A model generated the notes under the pieces. The model was given only the letters and a program-made list of their open reading frames with translations, had not been told where the DNA came from and made no database searches. DNA of 64,000 nucleotides from Eledone cirrhosa (lineage: Eukaryota): the NCBI GenBank assembly GCA_964016885.1, contig OZ024740.1:248372001-248436000 (forward strand), given 5' to 3'. Each line of letters opens with the position of its first letter. Within the stretch, counting starts at the first letter, position 1. Shown piece by piece: positions 1-13,109 of the stretch. The position numbers and the translations under genes were made by a program.

Positions 1-65
<65 letters not shown>
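1..65. repeat. (TA)n microsatellite, insertion site of the Helitron
   Basis: Pure AT dinucleotide run. Confidence 0.98.
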
Positions 66-68
<3 letters not shown>

Positions 69-411
69 GTTAGACACGCAGTGACTAACAACAGAATGTT
101 ATATGTCTGCATGTCTGACAATATATGCGTAGCTTGTGAATAAAAGATTCAAGGGGTATCACTGGCCGTGGCGATTCCTTCCAAACATGTTTTGTAATGT
201 ATCGTCTTATTGGCTAATCAACCAACGAGAGTAATTGTTGCTCAAAAGCGTTTTGTTTGCACGTTTATTTATCGTTTCGCTTTCGAATATCTCTCCTGTA
301 TTTTGTTGTTTTATCATCAAAATATTTTTCTCGTTTTGGTAAGTTATATCGTTAATTTATATATGATTTTTAAAATTTATATTAACTATTTTTTTTTCAG
401 TTCGTTATAAT

Positions 412-603
412 ATGCTTAGAATATTGGTTGTATCATATTTACTTGTATATATGTCCATATTATTGTTCGATTTATGTTAGATTATTTTATTATTATTGTT
501 AGATTATTTTTTAAATTATTATGTTAGACTATTTGTATGTAATATTTAATTTTTATTAATTCAACTATAACAATTATTATGTAAAATATATTTATTTAAT
601 ATC
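412..603 (+). repeat. ~190 bp direct repeat, copy 1 (copy 2 at ~8718-8905), bracketing the Helitron coding region
   Basis: atgctta(g/t)aatattggttgtatca...atatatttatttaatat present at both positions. Confidence 0.9.
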
Positions 604-1238
604 TTTGTATCTTGTTCCTCTTTATATAGTGTAATGGAATATAGGCAGGGTTCGGACTGCACTTTCTTTGTAAAAATTTGTAAGAATAATTTTTCAAAAA
701 ATTTTGTTAGTAAAAATTTGTAAAAATAATTTTTTTAAAATTTTGTTTGTAAAAGTTTGTACAAATATTTTTAAAACTATCGTTTTTACAAAAGTTTGTA
801 AATTTTTGTTTGTAAAAAATGTTAAAACACTCCAAGATAGCGTATATTCAATAATAAATTGATAATTTATAGTGATCTGGCAGCCATATGATTGTAAACT
901 TTGTAATTTTGATTCAAAAAGAACTTTGTAATTGTAAAATTTTGTAATTTTGATCTAAAATATCTTTGTAATTGTAAAATTGTGTTCTAAAATAACCTTG
1001 TAATTGTAAAATTTCATATTTTTGAAATTTGTGCGCAAAAATATCAATTTTTAATTTAATGTACTTAGTTTACTATGATAGTCAACTACAGGTGTCAAGT
1101 GCGTTTAAACATTTTTGATATTATTAATATATTCGATCGCAAATTGGCGTATTTATATCTCAACATAAGTATGACAAATGTTATTTCCTCTTATTTTGTA
1201 TTTATTTAAGCTACTAATAAGTATTTATTTGCAGGTTC

Positions 1239-4200
1239 GTGATGTATCCCGCAAGTAAATCGGGACCCGATTTTGGTGTCCCCACTGCCGATGTGAATGA
1301 GCAGTGCCGGAATTGTGAATTGGGTCTTGATGTTGCGGGCAGTTCATCTTACAATCATGCGGTCCCACAAACTTGTTCGCATTGCTGTGCCAATAATCTG
1401 CCAGACAGGCGTATTAAATTGGACGCGAAAGCAGCTTATCGGATGCGGAATCGGGAGAAGTTGAGACAAAAACAGGCCGATTATAGAGCTGCGAATTCGG
1501 CTAAAATAAAGCAAAACAGGCCTAGCAAAACGGCATGAGTTGGCAAACAAGCAGGCCGAGTATAGATCTGCAAGTTCAGTCGTTATATCTAAAAAACAAG
1601 CCGAGCGTAGTGCTAGGAAACGTACCGAGTTGGCTAAAAAGCAGGCCGAGTACAGATCTGCGAAGCGAGATAAAGTAGTGCAAAGAAAGGCTGTGTATAG
1701 AATTGTCAATAAAGATAATATACAGTCTTATCAGAAAGCTTACTATAAAAACAAAAATGTTCTTCGTAAGCGGTCTTTGCATCGAATAAGGAAACTAGAA
1801 AAAATGCTTGCTTCCGGATGCAGCATCAGATCTTGGTGCACAGATTTGTTAAGTCGTATAAAAAGACGATAATCGACACCAATCTTCGCAAGGAGGCACA
1901 CATTCACGTGCAGAGTGTGTTCTCCAGATCCGTTAGATTGCGCAATTTTCTGTGTGCTCAACTAAAAATAAAGGTGAAAGCTGTGCACGCATTGTTTGAA
2001 AAGGTCAATGCTAACGGTTTGTTGCACTATTGCGGAAATGAACATTACCACAGTTTCACCAATGAGCTTGCTAATTTTGATAAAAGCACCGCAGAATACA
2101 TGACAATGGACGAGTTTAAAAACCAGTCCGTTGAGAAATTCCGAATAGTCGTTATCGATAATGATAAGACGGACGACATTGTGAATGAAATGGCTAATGC
2201 GGACGAGCAGAATGATGATGATGTGTCTAAATGTTTGGTTAGACCTTGCGGATCTTCCATACTAGATACTTGTCCAGATGACTCAGCCGCTCGTCTAGCT
2301 TTTTGCCAAAGAATTCACGATAAACTGGCAAAACTCAATCCCGATATGACCGTTGCTAAAATAAGGCAGTTGATGGAGAAATATGAGTCTTGCAATGTTA
2401 CTCATGATGATGATCAGCACTGTATTGGTCAAATTGGCTGCACCAGTGAACTTGGCTTTTTGGAATCGATAGCAGTTCACTCACAAAAGTTGTGCACATT
2501 GCTGAGAAAAATCTACAAAGTTTGGTCCATATGTATTTGGCTCAACAAGTTCAATGAAGCCGTTCTCGATGGCGATTGGACAAACTTTGAGAATTTGACT
2601 GACGTTGCCAACATTGAGGGTGATATTGCGGTTCAATTCAATGATATGTGCACCGTTTTCAATGATGTCGAAGACACTGATGCAGATGTCATTGATAAAT
2701 ATGGTAAGCAGGTTCAAAGATTTGAATCTGACATTAGAAAGTATAAAATCCAACATTGTGATATGTGCAAATTGCGCAAATATAGCAAGGAGCTAAAAGT
2801 TTGGGATAGTTGGAACTCCAAATATTTTAAAACGCCTGTTGCAAAGCATGCAATAACTACCAACTATTCTTTGCTTGCACGGTCTGCACAACATGCGCTA
2901 CACATTTGTGACAGAGTGGAGTGCCTTCAATGGCTTCAATAAATGGCTTGGACGTTGTTGCAGTCCCCAAACAACTTGCTGATCTCAATACGTATGAGCG
3001 TATACTTGTGCAACGGGCCAAATGTTTCGTCAATATCATCAAACTGGTGCTATACTCGTTCAGAGGCAATATTTCGCATGCATTTCGGCTATAAAAGGAA
3101 TTGCGATTCATTTGCCTTTGCCTATGGACGGAACCGTAGATACGTTACCTGCGCTTCAAGACGACATGCTTAAAATAGTCGTTGATAGCTTGCCTTCGCG
3201 GAAACAAGTTATCTGGCGTTCAATGGTAGACATGAGTAAAGTATTGAAGGCGCTTGATCGGCTTGCGGCAAACAACGTAATGTATGCCGATATTAAGATC
3301 AATCGATACGCCGATACGGAGAATGAAAACCTTGTAGAGTGCTCGGGAGTTAATGATGCCAAATTCGATAATCTTTTGCTTAAATCGAACGCCGGCATTA
3401 CCTATGAGCATCACACTGTTAAAGAGATGAATCCGTGTCTCCCTGCAGACACTGACTTGTACAAAATGAAAAGAGTGGAAGGCGATTTGATTGTAGACAA
3501 TGATAAAACGCTTGATTTGTTGTGCTTTCCTTGTCTTTATCCAACTGGTCAGTTTGGCATTTTCGTGGACAATAGACCTTTTGGCGCTGTAAAGCCATAC
3601 ATGTTCATAAGAAAAAGACTGAATCATAGCGACTCTAGATTTCGGCGAGATATACAATATCTCATGTTTTGTCTTGATAAAGCCGACAAGAGAGGCATTA
3701 ATTCCGGTATATATGCCATCATGAAGACCACCAAAAACAGCCGCATGACTATAAGCGAGTTTAGAAGGCGGCTTGATGAAAATGACAGGCACCTTGAGGG
3801 CAATTTCAATATGATGATGGCCAATGTCCGAGGTTCCAAGCAGTTTTGGTCTAGAAAATGTTCAGACTTGATGGCTATGGACGAGAAATTTGGCCCGGCC
3901 CACTTGTTCTTAACTTTGTCTTGTGCAGAGTACTTTTGGCCTGATCTGAGAGTTTCTGGAAAAATTGAACGCTGACATACCAGACATTGCTAGAAAACGC
4001 AGCAATGAGTTGTGCGAGGATGATGTTGTGGCCGTTAGCGAGCATTTTCACCATCGGTTTGCCACCTTTATGAAAGAAGTCGTTAAACATACCAATTCTT
4101 CGTTTGGTATTGCCGAGCACTTTTTTTGGAGGTTGGAATACCAAATGAGTGGTGCTCCGCATGTTCACATGAAATTGTGGATTAAAGATGGCCCGATTAT

Positions 4201-5300
4201 GGAAAGAGACAACAAGAGTGTTATTCAGACGTTTGTACAGTCCATGATCACTTGTCGCATGCCGTCCAATGTAGAAAGTCCCGTTTTGTCAGACTTGGTG
4301 TCGCGCTTTCAACGACATATCTGTAGTGGGTCTTGCAAAAAGAAAATATTTTCGAATGGTCGTTTTCACACTCGATGCAGGTTTGGATTTCCACGTCCCG
4401 TCGGGAAGTTCAATTTGCTTAGTGTCAACGAGAGTATAACACCTCGGCACAAAGGTAGAGCTGTCAAAAAGTTGTACAAGCTTGACAGACGACAGGGGGA
4501 AGAGTGTATCAATGACTACAATCCTCTTGTTCTGTATGTCTGGAAAGCTAATGTCGATATTCAGTACATCGGTGAAGATAGCATGATTCTAAACCGAGAT
4601 GTTACTAGTTATCAGACAAAGTCCGAAAAAGACTGACACTGAAGGCATTTGGACTGAGATTGACAAGTCCAAGTCAATTTACTCGAGATACAAGAGTGCC
4701 GGACTTAAGCTGATGGGCAAGCGCGATACAGGCGCCTATGAGGCTGCGGACAAATTGCTTGGCCACCATTTCTATGGACGCTCTGAAAGCGTAATCTGGA
4801 TTGGAGCCGATTTGCCTAGCTACCGATCCCACAGGTTCAGGCCTCAGTATGAACTGAACAAATTGAACCCGTATTCCACCGATCTTTATTATGAGAATAT
4901 GGTCGAAAATTGTTATCCAAACAGGCCCGATTCGATGGAGCACATGTGTTTGTATGAAATTGCGAGTAAATACGAACATGTGAAACGAATTGATACTAGC
5001 AATTTTGATGACGACTTGAGGTTGAGAAACAATCTTAGCTATTTCAAATCTGTCAAACATTAAAGCCGCCAAACATTAGATTGACTGCAGATACTTGTGA
5101 GCGCTATCGCCACAACCTGCTCATGCTCTTTAAACCTTGGCGAGATGAGGAAAAAGACTTGCTGGGAGGTTGTTAGATTTATAAAGAGTCTTTTGAACAG
5201 TGCGCAAACAATTTATCTGAAATGGTCAGGTTCCGGAATGTGCGCTAACGTTTAGAGAATGCGCTGGAACAAGGTAAACATATTTCAAACGAACCTCAGG
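1239..5300 (+). pseudogene. Helitron RepHel N-terminal region and HUH Rep domain (frameshifted, with stops)
   Basis: ORFs 1239-1538, 1540-1872, 1818-2942, 3022-3975, 3965-4636 and 4599-5063. Motifs: LCFPCLYPTG, VRGSKQFW, FLTLSCAEYFWPDL (motif 1), RLEYQMSGAPHVH (HUH), CRFGFP, YNP..L..WKANVDIQYI, VTSYQTK (motif 3). Confidence 0.92.
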
Positions 5301-5370
5301 CTGATGATAATGATGACCATTCTTGCGGTGATCACATGGAGGCGTTGGCAATTGATGATGCTAATGACAT

Positions 5371-7000
5371 TTGCCTTGCATGAGAGATGTCGCTGAGGAT
5401 GCACTGAGAGATAAAGAAGGCAAACTCAATGAAGTGCAAAGAAAAATTCATGACGATATCGTTGCCGGTATTGACAAACAAGAGAAACACTGGGACAACA
5501 ACAAACCTTATCCGAGATGTAGTTGCGATGATTGTCCACAAGTCTTGAAATTTGTTTCGAGTGTTGGTGGCACGGGCAAGAGTTTTTTGATAAATGTACT
5601 GGCTGATAAAATTCAGTACATGTATCCAAATGACAATGGCCCGAGCGTAGTGATATCGGCACCTACGGGAATGGCCGCTTTCCAACTCAACGGCATGACT
5701 GTTCATCGGATGCTAAAGCTCAAAGTGCAGCACGGCAAAACTCCCGTGTATGATGATCTACCAAAGGACTTTTTGAAAATGCTGAGGATGGGGCTTCAGT
5801 ATGTCCGACTGTTTATAATCGATGAGATTAGCATGGTCAGTCACTTGCAGTTGGCATTCATTCACTTGAGATTTTGCCAATTGTTTTGTGATTTTAACCA
5901 AGGCATTTCTCCTTTCGGACGCATGGACATTGTTGTTTTTGGAGATTTGCTTCAATTACCGCCTGTTAGAGAAAAGTCGGTGTTTAAGAAAGTTACTCAC
6001 CAAGATGCACAAAGATTGTGCATAGGCGTCAGCAGCCACCATTTGTGGAGGTACTTCAAGTACGACGAGTTGACAGTCAACATGCGTAAGAAAGACGACA
6101 CGGATAATTATGTTGACATGCTCGCCCGAATCAGATTGGGTTCACCGCTTGACTCTGATATTCAAATTCTGAATGAGCATAGAATTGATATCAATGACAA
6201 AGCTTCCATTGATCAGGTTGCTTACAAAATGTGCGAGCTGACACAGACTTCTGATTTGAGTATCGTATGTATCATGTTTCTAAACGAGTCAGTAGAAAAG
6301 TTTAACGCTGTAATGCTCGATAAACTTGGCATTAATACTGTCGAACTTACAGCTATTGATTCAAATGGGAGGCAAACCAAAGGTCAAAAGAAAACTAAAA
6401 GTAAAAAGTTGACCACCAAAGCTGATACTGCTGGCCTTGAAACTGTTCTTAAAGTTGGCGATAATGCTCGAGTTATGCTTAAACGCAACATCGAGGTTGG
6501 CAAAGGCTTGTGCAACGGTGCAATAGGAACTGTAAATCAACTCAATTATGAGTTTGGAAAAATTACTTCCATTGACGTTCTCTTTCAGAGTACAAACCAA
6601 ATCGTTGCCATCAAACCTGTCAAAGCCGATTACAAATTGTCTCCTGGTGTCTTTATCACTAGAGAACAATATCCCCTGTCCATTGCATATGCAATTTCTA
6701 CCCACAAGTGGCAGGGAATAAGCGTCGATGGAGTCGTTGTTGATTTGGGCACTGGCATTTTCGCAGACGGTATGGCCTATGTGGCCTTGTCTAGAGCCCG
6801 CAAACTGTGCAATGTTTACTTGATTGATCTTGATCCAACGAGTTTGATCATGTGCGATTCCAGTGCTTGGAGAGAATACAACTATTTGAGAGAGAACATT
6901 AATATGGAACCGCTTCCATTGTGTAACGTGAGGCCTAACAGTATTGGACAGGCCAAAAAGCAACCAAAAAGAATAAATTTGCTATTAATATTGACAGTGA
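5371..7000 (+). pseudogene. PIF1-family (SF1B) helicase domain of Helitron RepHel
   Basis: Walker A GGTGKS, APTGMAA, Walker B IIDEISM, GDLLQLPPV, AYAISTHKWQG, YVALSR. Confidence 0.95.
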
Positions 7001-7059
7001 AATGGTCAACTTGGCGAATTCGAAAAAAGCCAGAACTGACGAAACGGTTGCAAAACCGT

Positions 7060-7847
7060 ACATCTCGCTGATCAATGAGAGAAATGCTTGCTTTGTAAAC
7101 AGCACCATGCAAGTTATACGCCAGCTGCTGTTGTTGGTTGAACACATTCAGTCCACTGATGATGTTGCTATTTGTGAAATTAGCGACATTATATATATCG
7201 TCATCTGGAACTAAATCGGTAGCAAATTTGAGAAATATCATCGGCGGCAGGTTTAACGATGGAACCCAACAGTGTGCGCACGATTTTTGGAAGCCAATTT
7301 ATGAGTTGTTGCCTGAAAATATTAAACAACTGTTCACCTTTGGGGAAAAGACTTTGCTCAGGTGCACTAGAAAACACGAGGCCAATTGCCCCAGATTGCA
7401 TAATGATGAATGTTCTTGTGCGTCGATCAACGGCTGTGGCACTTGCACAAATACAACTGATGTCAAGTCTGATCTGATGGTCAGCAGCAGTTCAAAAGTT
7501 TGCTCAAAACTGATGTTTCGATCATTAAGAAATGCGATCTGGACAGCATTGACACCGAGCACATTGGTACAGTTAACCATGTACTTCCAAACACAATGCG
7601 TTACCTGGTTGTTTATTTGAATAGATTCGAATATACAAACAATCAGATGGTCAGAATTGATTCGGAGTTGATGAACTTCTCTCCGAACAAGCAGAGTCAC
7701 AGTGTAGACTCCGGGCACTACATCAGTATCGTCCGCAACCAGGACAGATGGGACATTATTAACGATGCCGTCTTTTCCAAGCATTATATAGCTTTCCCGT
7801 CTAAACTGCTTAACAACTACCTGTTGTTTTTCGAAAAGTTGAATTGA
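7060..7847 (+). pseudogene. USP/peptidase C19-like cysteine protease domain downstream of the helicase (frameshifted)
   Basis: Cys box LINERNACFVNSTMQ, QQCAHDF (cf. QQDAHEF), YLNRF, His box SGHYISIVR and WDIINDAV, spread across ORFs 7002-7214, 7138-7620 and 7500-7847. Confidence 0.8.
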
Positions 7848-8112
7848 ATTTTCACGGCCGATGTATAGCAACAAGCATTTTTTGAAAGATTTGCTTGATC
7901 CTAAAAAAAAGTGACAGAGGTTGAGAGATGTCTTGCTATCTCTAACTATTGCTTTGTTTGAATTGCTTTAGGGCATTTCTGAATTTATTGGAATAATATG
8001 AATCCGGTCCCGCCATTGAGGTATATTATCTTAATGGTGAGTGAGTGCCGTTTTTTGAGCCTCGGGAAATTGTGAAATTGGTTTGCAACTACTATGGTCA
8101 TTTTTGCTATAA

Positions 8113-8293
8113 TTGTTTCTACTTTAGGCACAAGGCCACAATTACCCAGTGTATTATTGGTACTTTATTTTATCGACCCCGTAAGGATGAAAGGCAAAGT
8201 CAACCTCGGCGGGATTTGAACTCAGATCGTAAAGGGACGTAACTATGCTGGAAAGCATGGCGTCCGACCCTCTACCGATACTGCCAATCCACC
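8113..8293 (-). mobile_element. tRNA-derived SINE
   Basis: Minus strand has an A-box-like TGGCAGTATCGG and B-box GAGTTCAAATCC. Related copies at 11118-11183, 12945-12990, 25845-26005 and 58235-58370. Confidence 0.85.
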
Positions 8294-9073
8294 CATTTTT
8301 GCCATATAGGAAAGGCATGTCACTCGACCAGATTCTTGTGACCATTTGTCACTGAACTATACTAGCTGCTGTTCAGTATCTCTCCGTAATCCGCTGTCTC
8401 TTTGGATTAATATGGCCGACTAAGATTATATATCTGCACATTGTGCGGATATGGTGTCAACTATAATTTTTTTGTATTTTATGCTTTCTTTAAAATTTTT
8501 TATTTTAATCTTATATTTTTTAAATATATTTAAATAAATTATAAACTTTTTTTTATTTACAACATATCTTTATAGTGTATCTTCTAATATTGATTGTATC
8601 ATATTTATTTACTTTTGTATTAATGATATAGTTAATAGTTACTTGTCTATTTGTCAATATGGTTTTGTAAAAGTAATTATTAACTATTATATATTAAATT
8701 ACATTTCTTTATATAACATGCTTATAATATTGGTTGTATCACATTTACTTGTATATTTGTCCATATTATTGTTCGTTTTATGTTAGACTATTTTATTATT
8801 ATTATGTTAGATTATTTTTTTTATTATTATGACTATTTGTATGTAATATTTAATTTTTATTAATTCAACTATAACAATTATTATGTAAAATATATTTATT
8901 TAATATTGATTGTTTTTTGTAGTTAAAAGTCTGAAAATATTTTTATACATCTTACTATAAGATCATTTATAATAACAATTATATAATCTAATTACATTAC
9001 AACGATAATTTATTATTAATATATATCATGTTTTACTAGAGTTATTACAAGCGTTGCCTTAAAAAATATTAAA

Positions 9074-10086
9074 CTAGACCTGAAAAATGCGCAAGCTCAA
9101 AAGAGCCACAGAATGTTGTAATAAACCTTCAAAAGTGTGGGACTAGAGTTGTTGCTCAAAAATATTGTATTCATTATCTATCGTACATTCTGTGGCATCC
9201 TTTATAAAAATATCACAATAAATACATCTATGTTTAATGTAATAACAGCTATAAATAATTACGTAATATTATTATCATATACTCATAGTAACAAAATAAT
9301 TGTCTTGAAAATTAATATGATGCTTATATGAACGATCAAATCTATAATGATAATTTTATAAATATACTAATATTAAAATAATTTAGTTATATATTGTTAC
9401 ATTTTCATCGAACTATAACATTAACAATCGTATTATGTCATCAAATTTTTATCACTGCAAACTTTCATATTGGAATTACCTTAAGCCACTTATCATTACT
9501 TCGCTTTCGTACTTTTACAGATGTAGATATTCGGCTGTATCTTATATCTAATAGCATGATCTCATGGTAATTTGCATGCAGTGTAAAATAGGTTTATTAC
9601 TAACTTTAATATGAAATGTATTATACAGGGCTGCAGAGTCGGCCAAAAATTGACTGGCTCCAACTCCGGATCCGATACTCCATTATTTCCTAAATTTCAG
9701 CTCCGCAGCCCTGTTATTATAATAATTTATTTATTTTATAATTGTAAATCATATTTTCATATGTTACACTCTAAGAATGAACTAAGTGAAATAGTGTAAA
9801 AAGAAAGGCATGCTTGATTTAAGCTAATGTTCAATGTCTCATATTAGATGTTTAGTAATGATTAATACGAAATGCACTTAAACCGAATTGTATATTATAA
9901 ATTCATTTACATAATTATCGTGTCGTCTTGAGTTCGTTATGAGTCTCTTTTTTATAAGAGGATGCCACGGAATGTACGATAGATAATGATTACAATATTT
10001 TTGAGCAACAACTCTAGTCCCACACTTTTGAAGGTTTATTATAACATTCTGTGGCTCTTTTGAGCTTACGCATTTTTCAGGTCTAG
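9074..10086. repeat. Helitron 3'-terminal inverted repeat (arms 9074-9210 and ~9950-10086)
   Basis: ctagacctgaaaaatgcgc...tttataaaaa and its reverse complement. Confidence 0.95.
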
Positions 10087-10093
10087 TATATAT

Positions 10094-10746
10094 AATTAAA
10101 AAACGGAGTTAAAATCTCGCGTTAATCCCTTGTAATTTAATGAGCTCAAGGTATAGATATCGGGCTCTTCATAATACAGTATATAGAGAAGAAAACACAA
10201 CGAGGTATGTTTTCAATTACAGGGGGTAGACTACCACTAGAGTGAAAAACAAAGTCTACGAAAGGAATGGAAAATACATATTAATTGAAAGAATAAATCA
10301 AAATGCACAAACCAACTTTTCATAACTATCAATACCTGGAGAAAATAAGAGAATGTTTCGCCATAAAAAGTGTAGATACTATACCGCTTAGGGCTTCTCA
10401 ACAGGTGTAAAGACAGTATGGTCCACACTTCTAAAAATACTTCAGACAACTAAAATATCGCACATAGTAAAAGGAGACGAAAACACGCACGCTACACAGT
10501 TCATAGTGGTTTGAATGGATTAAAAGACCGCTAGAAATAGCAGCCCATAACCATTCAACTTAAGAAGTTCAACTTACATAAAGAAATGAATTATTAAATT
10601 AAAAAACGGAGTTAAAAACTTAGAAGCACTAAGCGGTATAGTATCTACACTCAATATGTATTTTCCATTCCTTTCGTAGACTTTGTTTTCCACTCTAGTG
10701 GTACTCTACCCCTTGTTATTGAAAACGTACCTGTTTGTGTTTTCTC
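10094..10746. mobile_element. Non-coding fold-back element (arms ~10183-10390 / 10629-10746)
   Basis: Imperfect inverted arms (e.g. aaagtctacgaaaggaatggaaaatacatatt and its reverse complement). The 21-bp direct repeat aattaaaaaacggagttaaaa occurs at 10094 and 10597. Flanked by TA. Confidence 0.6.
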
Positions 10747-11185
10747 CCCCCCCCCCCCCTCTATATATATATATCTAGCTACATCTATATAAATGCATGT
10801 TTTCGATTCTGTGTGTCCGCCTAAAACTCAGACTATAACGAATGTACCTATTTTCTAGAACCTTGGACAGGTAAAGGTAAGAAAATGTTTATTTTGTAAA
10901 GCAAACAATTCATTTAAATTCAACTTATTTTATTTTATTGTGAATATCGAAAGAAATCATCCATTTTGATTTTTTGTTCTCTATTCTGTAGAGAGAGAGA
11001 GAGTGAGAGAGAGGGAGAGAGGGAGAGAACAAGAGAAAGAGAGTGAGGGGGGATTGGGGAGAGAAAGAACGAAAACGAAGAATGATAGCAGCGTTCGATA
11101 ACTTTCATTATTTATTCGTGGATTGGCAGTATCGGTAGCGGGTCGGACGCCATGCTTTGCAGCACAGAGTTACGGCCCTTAACTA

Positions 11186-12850
11186 TTACGGCTCCTTAAC
11201 TATTTCATTGTAAAGTTGGGCTAACAGCTCATGAGACTCTGTGAAGGCATTTATCCAAAAATTTTGTATTTTGTATTTTCCTGGGGATTTCCATTTGCTG
11301 GTTTTTCTTAGAGCCAAGCGCAACTGTTCAACTGTTATGTTTTCCCATATTTGTTCCTCAAGGTGAGCTGTATCTTTCATTTGTCTGTCTATCCATGGGG
11401 CATGTATGTTATGAACTTTTTCTTCGGCCCAGATCTTTTCCCAGAATTCTTGCACTTCCTCCTTGGGTGGTATTGATTTAGCAGTTATTGTTGACTTACC
11501 AATTTTTCTGTAGAAGTTTCTTTGGTTGTTTTTGAACATATTATTGTCCTTATAGAATCTAGATCGTTTTTCAAAGCGCCTTATACGAGCAGCTTTGGCC
11601 GACACTTTTTGCTTGATTATTTCTATCAGCATGTCTATGTCACTTGTTGATTTTATACTATACTTTCTTTTCAATTTTCTAAGTTTAGTTTGTTTAACAT
11701 GTTCACCTACTTTATAGTTTGTTAAAATTTCTATGTCAGATCGGAGAAGGTTTATTTGGCGATTGATGTTCTCTTGCCAAGTAGATTTCTTGTGGGAATT
11801 CCATTGTTTTTTCATCTTCACTCCACATAAGTGAGTGGTGACTTTAGCCGCTGCATAATAGAGATGATTTAAATCAGTAATGTTTAGTTTGTTTGTGATG
11901 ATAATGTTTTTGAGAATTATGTTAGTCTTGTGTATTAACTTTTGGTTCTGTTTGGAGTTCTGGATCTTAGGGAGGGTGTCTCGTTGCTCCATGTCAGATT
12001 CTTTCATTTTCATCCATTCGATCATAATTTCATCCTTCAAGTTGGCAAGTTCATTCTCATTCATTTCTTTATCATTTACGATCTCATTATTTTCATTTGG
12101 AGTTTCATCTTGAGCATGCACTCCCTCCACTTTTTCGACCCTTTCTTTAATTTGTTCTGTTGCCAGTGATTCCGCCCCAACCCTGGGATTCGAAGTGTTA
12201 CAATTTACCTCGTTTTCACTGACACATGTTTCATTTTCCCTTCGCTGACTTTGTGCTAATAGCTTGATCTGATCAATTTCTATATCAGTTAGTAACTTTT
12301 TTTTTACAATATTTCTTCGTATTTTGGCTAGTTTGTTACTGTCAATATAGCCTCTGTTTTCGGGATGTTTCTTTTTCCAGTTGATATATGTCTGTTCTGT
12401 ATTCGATGTATTTGATGGGTAGTACATGGCAGTGTAGAAGCCTCAAGGACTTCTTTATTATCTTCCCTTGACCATTTTTCTCTCTTTTTCTTTGAATTTC
12501 TTGGTGGTGAGCATGGAGGGCCAACAGTAGGAGTATTCCGGTTATGGGAGGTCTCCAGCTCCGAAGTGATGGGAAGGTTTGAACCATTAGCTGATTTTTC
12601 GACCCCAGTCTGGTTCCTCTCTGAGGGACGCGGCCCTTTTTTACCCGGGTGACGGCCGATCCGGTATGAGATTTTATCATTAGACATTTACTTTATTTTG
12701 TCGCGTTTTATCCTTATCCGCCAAGGGGTAATCATTTCGTGTTACCACTTCTAGAACGAGTGTCAACCAAGACTAGAGGGGTCGTTCTCCCCTAGAGACA
12801 CGGCTATTCCCAGCCGGCCGCCATCCCGGTATTTCTTGGTCACGGGGTTT
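11186..12850 (-). mobile_element. 5' portion of an R4/Dong-like (RLE clade) non-LTR retrotransposon, lacking its 3' part
   Basis: ORFs 12328-12687 and 11186-12427 are homologous to the N-terminus of the 16409-17995 ORF (KQKVSAKAARIRRF, FWEKIW, KWKSPG..IQNFWI). Confidence 0.85.
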
Positions 12851-13109
12851 TCTTTTTTGTTGTTTTTTTAAATTGTTATTATCATGAGTGGTTCCTTAAT
12901 GTGAGCATTGCGTGGCTTAAGAATGAAATTATTAATAATAATAATTGTCTCCACTCCAGGCACAAGGCCAGCAATCACCCAGTGCATTACAATAATATAA
13001 TATACTTTTTGCTGAAGTTGCCTGTTATTGTTGTTGGCTATGTCGGTGGTGGTGCTGGGGCTTTTTATATTGTTGGTGAGGAAGGGGAGAGCCAGAAGTG
13101 CCGGTGGCC

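Larger units (their letters stand above)
66..10086 (+). mobile_element. Helitron-family rolling-circle transposon, near full length, decayed
   Basis: Begins A|TC at 66 with a 5' hairpin (tgttag...ctaaca) and ends CTAG|T at 10086. A second copy diverges at exactly the same CTAG. Contains Rep and PIF1 helicase coding remnants. The 5' boundary is less certain than the 3' boundary. Confidence 0.8.

Noticed and set aside
5371-7071. Host PIF1 gene
   Set aside because: Intronless, frameshifted, and directly downstream of an HUH Rep inside Helitron termini.
8200-8293. tRNA gene
   Set aside because: A and B boxes are present but there is no convincing cloverleaf. It is the head of a multi-copy SINE.
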